From Hyphomicrobiales bacterium (lineage in GTDB: Bacteria > Pseudomonadota > Alphaproteobacteria > Rhizobiales > Beijerinckiaceae): a stretch of DNA of 56,858 bases. The position numbers and the translations under genes are program-made. The notes beneath the pieces are model-generated. The model was not told the DNA's origin. It searched no databases and saw nothing but the letters and a program-made list of their open reading frames with translations. The DNA is taken from assembly GCA_025362655.1 (NCBI GenBank), contig JANYFM010000002.1, positions 1-56,858 on the forward strand, written 5' to 3'. Each line of letters begins with the position of its first letter. Positions within the stretch are counted from its first letter, which is position 1. Shown one piece after another: positions 1 through 9,092 of this stretch.

Positions 1-1859
1 GGCGCGCGCAGCTCCGGCGGCAAAGCGGGGTTTTCCGCGATGGCCCGCGCGATATCGAAAACGTTGAAGCGCTGATTGCTGTCCGGGCTTTGAAAAAAGC
101 CATCGCGAACCCCGACTTCGCCCTCAAGCGCGCCGAACAGGAAGGCGGCGACGCGCGAGCCCTGCTCAACAATGGCGCCGCCGGCCTCCACCATCAGCGC
201 GCCGGCGAGCCGCAATGAGCGGTCCGAATGCGTGCCGCCGCCGGATTCGATGATCCCCGTGTCGCCGCCGATGAAATCGACGTCTTCGGGCGTCACCCCG
301 ATAAGATCAGCGACGACCTGCGCGTAGACGGTTTCGTGGCCCTGCCCGCTGGATTGCGTGCCCGCTTTGAGTTCGACGCGGCCCTGCGGGGTGACCACCA
401 TTTCGACGCGCTCGTGCGGCATGCCGGTCGGCGTCTCGATGGAGTTGGACAGGCCGATGCCCGCAAGTTTTCCGCGCGCTTTCGCCAAGCCGCGCCGCGC
501 TTCGAAACCGCGCCAGTCCGCCAGCTCCAGCGCGCGCTCCATATTGGCTGCGAAATCGCCGCTGTCGTAGGCGAGGCCCGACGGCGTTTTCCATGGCATG
601 GCGGCGCGGGGCACGAGATTGCGGCGGCGAATTTCGATCCGGTCAATGGCCAGTTTTCGCGCCGCTGTATCCAGCAGCCGCTCGATGACCAGCGTCGCCT
701 CGGGCCGCCCAGCGCCGCGATAAACCGATACCGGCGTTGTGTTGGTGAGCGCGCCGATGAGACGCACCGACGTCACGGGGATATCATAAACCGTCGTGGC
801 GACGCGCCAAGCGTTATGCAGGGAGGTGAATGACACGGTGTGGGCGCCGATATTGCCGGTCATTTCGAAATCATAGGCGAGAATTTTTCCATCCGGGCCG
901 AAAGCCAGCCTGCCGCGCCCGACGGCGTCGCGCCCATGAAAATCGCTGAGACAGGATTCCGCCCGGTCCGCCGTCCATTTGACGGGGCGACGGAGCTTGG
1001 AGGCGGCCCAAACAACAGCAACCTGTTCGGGATAGGTGCTGCTGCGCGAGCCAAAGCCGCCGCCCACATCCGGCGTTGAAACGCGGAGCTTTTCGGGTGC
1101 TATCTTCAGCGCCGCCGCGATTGCGCCGCGGACGCGGTGCACACCCTGACAGCCGGAAATCAGGATGTGCAAGCCTGACGCCGCGTCGAAATCCCCGATC
1201 GCCGCGCGCGGCTCCAGCTGCCCGGTGATGGTGCGCGGGGAGTGGAACGCTCCCTCAACCACGAGATGCGCGCTGGCGAAAGCGGCCGCTGTCGAGCCCG
1301 GCGGCGTCACCTCCGCATCGAGCGCCGCGTTGCCTCGAGCCTCCGCCCACACTTGCGGCGCGCCTGGCGACAATGCGTCACGCGCATCGGTCACCGCGGG
1401 CAAAACGCCGTAGCGCGCATCGACGCTCTCCGCGCCAAGCCTCGCCGCGTCGAGGGTTTCCGCAACCACCAGCGCGACGATTTCGCCCGCGTGGCGCGCG
1501 CGTCCGGCGGCGAAGGGCATGTGCGGGCGCTCATAAATCGTGTGGCCGGCGCTCGTTTGAAACGCCGGCCTCCGCCAGTCCACGGCGTCGGCGGAGACCG
1601 TGCCCTGGGGCATGCCGCCAAAGCCTTCGGCGGCATAATCCGCGCCGGTGAGAACCATCAGCACGCCGGGCATCGCCAGAGCCGCCCCGGCATCGATGCC
1701 CAGAATATCCGCATGCGCGTGCGGCGAGCGAACGAAAGCGAGATGCGCCTGGCCGGGCAGATTGACGTCGTCGGTGAATTCGCCTTTGCCGCGCAGCAGC
1801 CGCGCATCCTCGAAGCGCGGCAGAGACCGGCCGATCCACTTTGACGCGGCGATTGCCAT
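1..1859 (-). CDS. Xanthine dehydrogenase/CoxL-family molybdopterin-binding large subunit (3' end runs off the window)
   Basis: Not in the ORF track because there is no stop in the window. Manual translation from ATG 1859 (RBS GGGAG): MAIAASKWIGRSLPRFEDARLLRGKGEFTDD..RSPHAHA..DVGGGFGSR..VYRGAGRPEA..SSGQGHET..GGGTHSDRS, all family motifs. Confidence 0.92.
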   Translation of the reverse strand, partial: MAIAASKWIGRSLPRFEDARLLRGKGEFTDDVNLPGQAHLAFVRSPHAHADILGIDAGAALAMPGVLMVLTGADYAAEGFGGMPQGTVSADAVDWRRPAFQTSAGHTIYERPHMPFAAGRARHAGEIVALVVAETLDAARLGAESVDARYGVLPAVTDARDALSPGAPQVWAEARGNAALDAEVTPPGSTAAAFASAHLVVEGAFHSPRTITGQLEPRAAIGDFDAASGLHILISGCQGVHRVRGAIAAALKIAPEKLRVSTPDVGGGFGSRSSTYPEQVAVVWAASKLRRPVKWTADRAESCLSDFHGRDAVGRGRLAFGPDGKILAYDFEMTGNIGAHTVSFTSLHNAWRVATTVYDIPVTSVRLIGALTNTTPVSVYRGAGRPEATLVIERLLDTAARKLAIDRIEIRRRNLVPRAAMPWKTPSGLAYDSGDFAANMERALELADWRGFEARRGLAKARGKLAGIGLSNSIETPTGMPHERVEMVVTPQGRVELKAGTQSSGQGHETVYAQVVADLIGVTPEDVDFIGGDTGIIESGGGTHSDRSLRLAGALMVEAGGAIVEQGSRVAAFLFGALEGEVGVRDGFFQSPDSNQRFNVFDIARAIAENPALPPELRA

Positions 1860-1994
1860 ATGTTTCTCCCATGCGGCGCGCATTGCGCGGCAAAAATTTA
1901 ACTGCCAATGTGCGGCTTCATTTCATAGCCCGACGCCGTCCCGCCGCAAACCCCGCCGGCGCGGCACGAAAGGGCGCCATCCCCGGAGACCTCC

Positions 1995-3035
1995 GTGCGA
2001 AAAGTCTTTGCAAGCCTGATTGTTGCGGCCGCGTTGACAGGCGCCCTGGCGCCGTCGTCGGCGCAGGAGAAAGTGCTGCGCGTCGGCGTTGCCAAAGCTT
2101 TGGCGACGGCGGCGACGATGATCGCGGTCGAGAAAGGATATTTCAAGGAGGCCGGCATCCGCATTGAAATCGAGGAGCTGGATTCGTCCGCCAACGTCAT
2201 GGCGCTGCTCGCGCAGGGGCAGCTGCAAATCGTCGAAGGCGGCATTTCCGTCGGCTATTTTAACGCGCTGGAGCGCAATCTGCCGATCACCATCGCCGCC
2301 GACCGCGTCTCGACGCCGCTCGGCCACCGGCTTTTGCTGCGCAAAGACCTCGCGGAGACGATCAAAAAACCCGCGGATTTGAAGGGGAAAATCATCGCCT
2401 CCAACGGGCCGGGCGCGGTGACCACCTACGAGGTCGCGAAGATACTCGAAAGCGGCGGCATCGGCGTGAAGGATGTCGACATCAAAGTGCTTTCCTTCGT
2501 CAATATGGGCATCGCGCTCGCCAATAAAGCAATCGACGCGGCGCTGGTCATCCAGCCCTGGGCTTCGCAATATGTCGAGCAGGGCCTCGCCGTTGTGCTC
2601 GCCGATCCCGATGATTACGCCGATCCCAAACCGCTCACTATCGCCGTCAATCTCATCAACACGGATTGGGCGGACAAAAATAAGGACCTCGTCCGCGCCT
2701 ATTTCACCGCTTATCAGCGGGGCGTGCATGATTATTGCCAAGCCTATCACGGCGGCGCCAACCGCCAGGCGGTGATCGATATCATCGTGCGCTCGGGGCT
2801 CGAGACGCGGCCCGATGTGTTAAACCGCTTTCCTTGGCCCGCCCGCGACCCCAATGGGCGCATCAGCGTGCCCAGCCTGCTCGACATGCAGAAATATTAT
2901 CTGCGCGAGGGGCTGGCGGCGAAGGAGCAGCCGGTGGAACGCCTTGTCAACAATGAGTTTGTTGACTACGCCGCGCAGAAGCTCGGGCGGTTCAAGCTGG
3001 AAAACACCGCCAGCGCGCTGCCGGGCTGCCGCTGA
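1995..3035 (+). CDS. ABC substrate-binding protein, NMT1/SsuA/TauA-like
   Basis: Signal peptide, AVEKGYFKEAGI, ADLKGKII motifs; GTG start with GGAG RBS. Confidence 0.85.
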   Translation: MRKVFASLIVAAALTGALAPSSAQEKVLRVGVAKALATAATMIAVEKGYFKEAGIRIEIEELDSSANVMALLAQGQLQIVEGGISVGYFNALERNLPITIAADRVSTPLGHRLLLRKDLAETIKKPADLKGKIIASNGPGAVTTYEVAKILESGGIGVKDVDIKVLSFVNMGIALANKAIDAALVIQPWASQYVEQGLAVVLADPDDYADPKPLTIAVNLINTDWADKNKDLVRAYFTAYQRGVHDYCQAYHGGANRQAVIDIIVRSGLETRPDVLNRFPWPARDPNGRISVPSLLDMQKYYLREGLAAKEQPVERLVNNEFVDYAAQKLGRFKLENTASALPGCR

Positions 3036-3036
3036 T

Positions 3037-4041
3037 TTACCGCTGCTTGCCGGGCACCGCGTCCCACCATGGGCACACGCCCTTGTTGAGCTTGTAATTT
3101 CCCTCCAGCACCTGCACCGGGCGGCGCAGGCCGTTGTTGGCATTCTCGATGCACAACTGACGCGCGGCGGCCTTGCCTTCCGGCGTCATCCACGCGCGCT
3201 CGTGGCCCCATAGCGAGGGGCCCTCCGTCCGGTGTGTCGCAATAAATGCCGGGGGATCGATCAGCGCGCCGCCCCAGCCGTGCTCAATCATGAAGCTTGA
3301 GGGCGTGTGCGTGTAGAACGAGGTCATGTAGTCGCCGCAGTGCCGCCCGAGGGTCACGCCGATGCGGCCCTCCTCCCGCAGCGCCAGATCAAGGCCCTGG
3401 CCGACATCGTCGAAACTGTAATGCTCCATCATCACATGATGGATGGCGTTTTTTCCGGTGGCGATAAAGGCGAAGGAGTGATGGCGCTCATTGAGGTGCA
3501 GAAAAAAGGCTTCAAACGGCTTGTAATAATAATCGCTCAGACCGAAGCCGAGAATATCGCGGTAAAACGCCACTAGGCCATCGGCTTTTTCGACGTTGAT
3601 GACGACGTGCCCGAGGCCGAGCGGCCCCGTGCGGAAGCCGGAATGGACGCGCCCCGTTCGGAAACCATCCGCTGCAATCTCCGCCCCGTGGAAAAATTCC
3701 AGCCGGTGGCCGAGCGGGTCGCCGGCGATGACGAGGTCCGCCACGCGGCGCTGATCCGCCAAAGCCCGCGTGCCCGGCGTAACGACAACGCCGGCTTTTT
3801 CCAGCCGCGCCGCGATGGCCTCCATCGCTTGGGCATTTTCCATTTCCCAGCCAAAACAGCCGATGCCGGAGCCGCCGTTCTCCTCAATGCAAAGCCGCTG
3901 CTTGCGGTCATCCATGCGCAGCGCCAGCGTCCTGCCCGAGCGCTCGCCGCGCTGCATGCCCACAAGATCCGTGGCATATCCCGCCCACTCCTCAAGGCTT
4001 TTGGCGTTCACGCAAAGATAGCCCAGCGCCTGCGGTCTCAT
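3037..4041 (-). CDS. Type I extradiol ring-cleavage dioxygenase (VOC family, BphC-like)
   Basis: LRMDDRKQR, GLGHVV, RHHS, IHHVM, LGRH, SFY and MIE metal/catalytic residues; ATG 4041 with AAGGA RBS. Confidence 0.9.
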   Translation of the reverse strand: MRPQALGYLCVNAKSLEEWAGYATDLVGMQRGERSGRTLALRMDDRKQRLCIEENGGSGIGCFGWEMENAQAMEAIAARLEKAGVVVTPGTRALADQRRVADLVIAGDPLGHRLEFFHGAEIAADGFRTGRVHSGFRTGPLGLGHVVINVEKADGLVAFYRDILGFGLSDYYYKPFEAFFLHLNERHHSFAFIATGKNAIHHVMMEHYSFDDVGQGLDLALREEGRIGVTLGRHCGDYMTSFYTHTPSSFMIEHGWGGALIDPPAFIATHRTEGPSLWGHERAWMTPEGKAAARQLCIENANNGLRRPVQVLEGNYKLNKGVCPWWDAVPGKQR

Positions 4042-4162
4042 GCGGTTTCCTTTGAAGGCTGCCGAAACAAAAGCCACGAGTAATCGGGACCGGCCGCGCG
4101 GGCAAGCCGCCCTTTCGCCGTGTGAATTGATCGGTTATGGAGAAGACAACGGAGGAACGAAT

Positions 4163-5284
4163 ATGTCAGCACGCGCCGCCCCGCCTTTCCGCGCCGATCA
4201 TGTCGGCAGCCTTATCCGCCCCCAAAATTTGATTGATGCCCGCGTCAAGGCCGCGAAGGGCGAAATCACCGCGGCGCAATTGCTGGAAATTCAGCAGGCC
4301 GCCATTCGCGGCGTAGTGAAACAGCAGGAGGATATCGGCCTTCGCTCGGTGACGGATGGCGAGTACAACCGCAATTCCTGGCAGAGCGATTTTCTGCTCA
4401 AAATCAAAAATGTCACGACGACGCCCTCGCGCCTGCGCGTTAAATTTCACTCGGCCGCCGGCACCCGCGAGCACGCCCCGCCCAGCATGGCGGTTGTCGG
4501 CAAACTCGGCCGGCCAAACCCGATTTTTGTTGACGATTTCCGTTTTCTCGCATCCATCGCGAAAGCCGCGCCGAAAGTCACGCTGCCCTCTCCGACGATT
4601 CTGCATTTCCGCGGCGGACGCGATGCCATCGACCGCGCCGCCTACCCGGACCTGGCCGAATTTTATTCCGATCTCTCCGGCATTTACCGCGCCGAGCTGG
4701 GGCATCTCGCGGAATCCGGCTGCCGCTACGCGCAGATCGACGAGGTGAATTTTGCCTATCTCTGCGACCCCGCGCTGCGCGCCGATGTGGTCAACCTCGG
4801 CGAGGATCCGGCGACGCTGCCGAAGACCTATGCAAAGCTGCTCAACGATTCCATCGCCGGGCTTCCGGCGGACATGACAATCTGCATGCATCTGTGCCGC
4901 GGCAATTTCGCGGGCTCATGGGTGGCGGAGGGGGGCTACGACCCGGTCGCGGAACTGCTGTTTAACGAAATCAACGTCACCGGGTATTTTCTCGAATATG
5001 ACAGCGAACGCGCCGGCGGCTTTGAGCCGCTGCGCTTTTTGCCGAAGGGCAAGACCGCCGTGCTCGGCCTTGTCACCACCAAGAATTCCGCTCTGGAGAC
5101 CAAGGACCAGATCAAGCGCCGCATCGATGAGGCCGCGAAATTCTGTCCCCTCGAACAGCTTGCGCTCAGCCCGCAATGCGGATTTTCCAGCGGAATCGGC
5201 GGCGAGGCGATGAGCGTCGAGCGTGAATTTGAAAAGCTGCGCCTGGTCGTGGATGTCGCGCGCGACGTATGGGGCGAAGCGTAA
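4163..5284 (+). CDS. Cobalamin-independent methionine synthase II family (MetE C-terminal-like) protein
   Basis: RADHVGSL, TDGE, HLCRGN, LEYD, LSPQCGF Zn-ligand motifs; ATG 4163 after GGAGG. Confidence 0.9.
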   Translation: MSARAAPPFRADHVGSLIRPQNLIDARVKAAKGEITAAQLLEIQQAAIRGVVKQQEDIGLRSVTDGEYNRNSWQSDFLLKIKNVTTTPSRLRVKFHSAAGTREHAPPSMAVVGKLGRPNPIFVDDFRFLASIAKAAPKVTLPSPTILHFRGGRDAIDRAAYPDLAEFYSDLSGIYRAELGHLAESGCRYAQIDEVNFAYLCDPALRADVVNLGEDPATLPKTYAKLLNDSIAGLPADMTICMHLCRGNFAGSWVAEGGYDPVAELLFNEINVTGYFLEYDSERAGGFEPLRFLPKGKTAVLGLVTTKNSALETKDQIKRRIDEAAKFCPLEQLALSPQCGFSSGIGGEAMSVEREFEKLRLVVDVARDVWGEA

Positions 5285-5309
5285 GCGCCCCCCGCAATGC
5301 CGGGGCGGT

Positions 5310-6086
5310 CTACGGCCGCACCCCCGGCGCATCCATCGCCATGCCCTGCGCGCGGGCCATAAGATAGAGCTCCAGCGCGGCGAATTCCTCCGAGCCGTAT
5401 TCATAGGCCTCGGCCCGCATTCCCGTCATGCAATTGCGCAGGCGGCGCTGCAGCGAGCCGAGCGTCTGCCATTCCAGCCGGTAGACCGGGTAGCCCGTGG
5501 GATGGGCCTGCGGCACGCCGGCGCCGGCGAGTTTGCGCCCCCAATTGTCGTCGTGGCAATTGGCGCAGGACAGATTGAGCTGACCCTGCCGGCGGTTCCA
5601 GATGGCGGCGCCCTGCGCAATAAAACTCCGGGTTTGCGCATCCAGCGCAATCGAAACCGGCTGGCCCCGCGATTGGCGCGCGATGTATGCCGTCAGCGCC
5701 AGCAATTCCTTGCTCTCGCGCGCCAGCGGGGCCGCCTGCTGACGCCCGGCGCGGCAGATATTTATTCTTTCCTCGATATCGACCGGCTTTGCGCGCGCGG
5801 CATCGATCGCTGGATGGCGCGCCGAGACGCCTTTCATCCCGGCCTCCGCGCCGCCATGGCAATCCGCGCAGGACTTTTGCGCCGCGCCCTCTTTGCGGCT
5901 CCACAGAGCCTGTCCGTCGAGCACCCAGAACATGCCGGGATTGGCGCTGTCGTCATCCTGCATGGCGCGGGTTTGCGGGCCCATGTCATCATAGCCGGAG
6001 CGCCTTTCGCCCGGCGCGATTTCCGCGGCCCCTGCCGCGGCCAAACCCAGCGCCAAGCCCGCAGCCAAGGCGCGCAGGGCCCTCAC
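5310..6086 (-). CDS. soxA: Sulfur oxidation c-type cytochrome SoxA (diheme)
   Basis: Signal peptide, DDxANPG, two CxxCH motifs (CADCH, CANCH), YPVYRLEWQ..RRLRNC; GTG overlaps the soxZ stop. Confidence 0.9.
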   Translation of the reverse strand: MRALRALAAGLALGLAAAGAAEIAPGERRSGYDDMGPQTRAMQDDDSANPGMFWVLDGQALWSRKEGAAQKSCADCHGGAEAGMKGVSARHPAIDAARAKPVDIEERINICRAGRQQAAPLARESKELLALTAYIARQSRGQPVSIALDAQTRSFIAQGAAIWNRRQGQLNLSCANCHDDNWGRKLAGAGVPQAHPTGYPVYRLEWQTLGSLQRRLRNCMTGMRAEAYEYGSEEFAALELYLMARAQGMAMDAPGVRP

Positions 6087-6403
6087 GCGACGGTGATGCC
6101 GGCGGTCTCGATGGCCTCGAAACCGTTGTCGCCGGTCCATTTGAAGGTGATTTCGCCGCTTTCGGCGGCGACGGTGGTGAAAGTCAGAAACGGATTGGAC
6201 GCGATCGCCGATGACAATTCGGCGCGGAAAATCTCGACGCCGTTATAGGCGCAGACGAAATTGCTGATGATGTCGCGCGGGATCATCGCCCCGTTGTAAC
6301 CGACGCGGAAGCCGGTTTCCATGGGATGCTGAATAAGCGTCTTGATCTCGATGATTTCGCCGCGCGCGGCTTTGGCGGGAACGTTGATGAGGGCGCGGGC
6401 CAT
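6083..6403 (-). CDS. soxZ: Thiosulfate oxidation carrier protein SoxZ
   Basis: LIQHPMETGFR, SSAIASNPFLTF, WTGDNG. Confidence 0.92.
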   Translation of the reverse strand: MARALINVPAKAARGEIIEIKTLIQHPMETGFRVGYNGAMIPRDIISNFVCAYNGVEIFRAELSSAIASNPFLTFTTVAAESGEITFKWTGDNGFEAIETAGITVA

Positions 6404-6405
6404 GG

Positions 6406-6888
6406 TCAGAGATCCTCCAGACAGGCGGCGATGGTGACGATGACATCAGCGCTGCCGCTCCAGAACGAGCCGTCGCTCATTTGCGCGATGGCGATGATCT
6501 TCTGCGTGTCAGCGAGCTTGATGCGGGTTGAAACAGCGGCGCGGCCCGCGCGGGGCCCAAGATACATCGATATGACCTGCGGCTGCGGATTCTTCTCGTT
6601 GAAAACGTGGATGGCTTTGACATGATCCGCGGGCGTCATCGGGCTTTCAACGCTGACCGCCATGGAAACAGTGTTGCCGTTTTCGACGAGCTGGGGAATG
6701 TCGAGCGCGACTTTTCCAGAGCGCACGGGGGCTCCCCCGGTCACTCTCGTTATTTCCGCGCGCATCGCCTCCGGCGTCGCCGAAGCGCCGCGGCTTGTCA
6801 CAATCTGAAGAGCGGCCGCGCCGGCGGCGCCGGCCATGAAGCGGCGGCGCGATGGCTGAATCCGCGATGGCTGAATCAATGGCTTCAC
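6406..6888 (-). CDS. SoxY-related 'AACIE arm' protein (non-canonical SoxY)
   Basis: Tat-like SRRRFM leader, PQLVENGNTV, NEKNPQP, STRIKLA; C-terminus VTIAACLEDL instead of GGCGG; GTG 6888 after AGGAG. Confidence 0.88.
   Translation of the reverse strand: MKPLIQPSRIQPSRRRFMAGAAGAAALQIVTSRGASATPEAMRAEITRVTGGAPVRSGKVALDIPQLVENGNTVSMAVSVESPMTPADHVKAIHVFNEKNPQPQVISMYLGPRAGRAAVSTRIKLADTQKIIAIAQMSDGSFWSGSADVIVTIAACLEDL
6848..6877. repeat. Perfect 15-bp tandem duplication (CGCGATGGCTGAATC x2) in the SoxY-like signal peptide
   Basis: Directly visible; encodes IQPSR-IQPSR. Confidence 0.9.
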
Positions 6889-6989
6889 GGATGCATCTCC
6901 TGTCGGGCGCAGGCCCAAGCGCGGCCTTGCGCCTCCATGCCGGCGCATCCTAGCGCACATCGCCTCCGCCTCCCAGCCCGGCGCCGGCT

Positions 6990-8258
6990 TCACTTTTTGA
7001 CGGCGCGCCAGCCGATATCGCGGCGGCAAAATCCCCCCTGCCAATGGATGGCGTCGACCCCGGCATAGGCGCGCTGTTGAGCCTGCGCGGCATCCGCGCC
7101 GCGCCCGGTGATATTAAGCACGCGTCCGCCGTCGGCGGTCAGCCTGCCGCCCTCAAACCGGGTTCCCGCATGGCACAGAGTGACGCCCTCCATATCGGCG
7201 GCGCGCTCAACCCCATGAATTTCCGTGCCCCGCAAGGGCGTGTCGGGATAGCCATCGGCCGCCATGACCACCGTGAGGGCGGTGTCGGGCGACAGACGCA
7301 CCGGCCCTGGCGGCAGGCGCCCCAGCGCCGAACCCAGCAGCAGCGGCAGCAAATCCTCCTCAAGGCGCGGCAGGATCGCCTGGGTTTCCGGGTCGCCGAA
7401 GCGCGCGTTGAATTCGATCAGTTTTGGCCCGTCTTTGCCAATCATCAGGCCGGCGAACAGCATTCCCTTGAAGGGCGCGCCGCGCGAGGCCATGCCCGCC
7501 AGCGCCGGCTCGATGATTTCCCGCATAACCCTTGCGCTCATCTCGTCGGTCATGATCGGCGCGGGCGAATAAGCGCCCATGCCGCCGGTATTTGGGCCGG
7601 TGTCGCCCTCGCCGACGCGTTTGTGATCCTGCGCCGAAGCGAAGGCCAGCGCGTGTTCGCCATCACAAAGCGCGAAAAACGAGGCCTCCTCGCCCTCAAG
7701 GAATTCCTCGACGACGACAGAGGCGCCCGCCGCGCCGAACGCCCCGCCGAATATCCGGTCGAGCGCGGCCTCCGCCTCGCACACGCTCATGGCGACGACG
7801 ACACCCTTGCCCGCCGCGAGGCCATCGGCTTTGACGACGATCGGCGCGCCCTTCGAGCGCGCATAGGCTTTGGCGGCCTTGGCCGAGGTGAATCGCGCAT
7901 AGGCGCCGGTGGGAATGCCGAAATCGCGGCAGAGGTCTTTGGTGAAGCCCTTTGACCCCTCCAGCCGCGCCGCCGCTTTTGACGGACCGAAGGCCGGCAC
8001 GCCCGCGGCTTCCAGATCGTCCGCCAGGCCGGCGACCAGCGGCATTTCGGGGCCGATGATGACGAGACCGATTTGATGCAGGCGGCAGAAATCCGCGACG
8101 GCGCTGTGGCTGGCAATGTTGACATCGACATTTTCAGCGCATGCCGCCGTGCCGGGATTGCCGGGCGCGGCGAAAAGCTTTGTCAGCATCGGGCTTTTTG
8201 ACAAGGCCGCCGCCAGCGCGTGTTCGCGTCCGCCGGAGCCGATGAGTAGAACGTTCAT
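6990..8258 (-). CDS. purD: Phosphoribosylamine--glycine ligase
   Basis: [44 protein letters not shown]. Confidence 0.98.
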   Translation of the reverse strand: MNVLLIGSGGREHALAAALSKSPMLTKLFAAPGNPGTAACAENVDVNIASHSAVADFCRLHQIGLVIIGPEMPLVAGLADDLEAAGVPAFGPSKAAARLEGSKGFTKDLCRDFGIPTGAYARFTSAKAAKAYARSKGAPIVVKADGLAAGKGVVVAMSVCEAEAALDRIFGGAFGAAGASVVVEEFLEGEEASFFALCDGEHALAFASAQDHKRVGEGDTGPNTGGMGAYSPAPIMTDEMSARVMREIIEPALAGMASRGAPFKGMLFAGLMIGKDGPKLIEFNARFGDPETQAILPRLEEDLLPLLLGSALGRLPPGPVRLSPDTALTVVMAADGYPDTPLRGTEIHGVERAADMEGVTLCHAGTRFEGGRLTADGGRVLNITGRGADAAQAQQRAYAGVDAIHWQGGFCRRDIGWRAVKK

Positions 8259-8373
8259 GGGAATCGCCGGGTTCGGAAACGACTTGTTTAACGGCCCGGC
8301 CGCGCCGGTTCAATGTTGGCGGCCGGGCACTCCTCTGCGATAGTCGATCGATTGGCCGCGCGGAATTCTATCG

Positions 8374-9045
8374 ATGATCCCCTGGATGCAGCTTGCGAGC
8401 GCCGCCATTCCCGGCAGCCGCGGGGAATTGCGTCTGTCGCGGCGCGGCGCGGAGTTTTCGATCCGGCTCGGCCACAACGAACTGATGAACTCCCGTCTCA
8501 GCGGCTCCGAGGCGGCGCTGGCAAATCTGACCTGTGAACGGCTCTCCGCCCGCAAGGGTTTGCGGATGCTGATCGGCGGGCTCGGCATGGGCTTCACCCT
8601 GCGCGCCGCGCTGGCCGCTTTGGGGCCGGACGCGCGCATCACCGTCGCCGAGCTTGTGCCGGCGGTTGTTGCCTGGGCGCGGGGGCCGATGGCGGACCTT
8701 TCAGCCGGCTGCCTTGATGACGCGCGGGTCGCCGTCGTTGAACGCGACGTGGCTAAGCTGATCGGCGCGGCGAAAGGCGCTTACGACGCGATCCTGCTCG
8801 ATGTCGATAACGGGCCGGAGGCCATGGTTCACGCCGACAATGACGGGCTTTACAGCCTGAAGGGCCTCGCCCTCGCCCGCGCCGCGCTTACGCCGGGCGG
8901 CATTCTTGCGGTCTGGTCGCAGGGGCCGGACGCGGCTTTCGCCCGGCGGCTGGCGGATGCGGGTTTTACAGTTGAGGAGACGCGGGTCCGCGCCAATGCG
9001 GGCCGCGGCGGCGCGAGGCATGTGATTTGGGTGGCGGTGAAATGA
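8374..9045 (+). CDS. Spermidine synthase-like/MnmC-type SAM-dependent methyltransferase
   Basis: ELMNSR, LIGGLGMGFTL, ILLDVDNGP. Confidence 0.8.
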   Translation: MIPWMQLASAAIPGSRGELRLSRRGAEFSIRLGHNELMNSRLSGSEAALANLTCERLSARKGLRMLIGGLGMGFTLRAALAALGPDARITVAELVPAVVAWARGPMADLSAGCLDDARVAVVERDVAKLIGAAKGAYDAILLDVDNGPEAMVHADNDGLYSLKGLALARAALTPGGILAVWSQGPDAAFARRLADAGFTVEETRVRANAGRGGARHVIWVAVK

Positions 9046-9053
9046 AAACGCAA

Positions 9054-9086
9054 TCGCGCCCGGCCTTTTGAAAAGGCCGGGCGCGA
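9054..9086. terminator. Hairpin between convergent genes, probable bidirectional terminator
   Basis: TCGCGCCCGGCCTTTT-G-AAAAGGCCGGGCGCGA inverted repeat. Confidence 0.75.
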
Positions 9087-9092
9087 CGATGG

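Noticed and set aside
5310-6888. Complete thiosulfate-oxidising Sox pathway
   Set aside because: No soxX, soxB, soxCD or GGCGG-type soxY in the window
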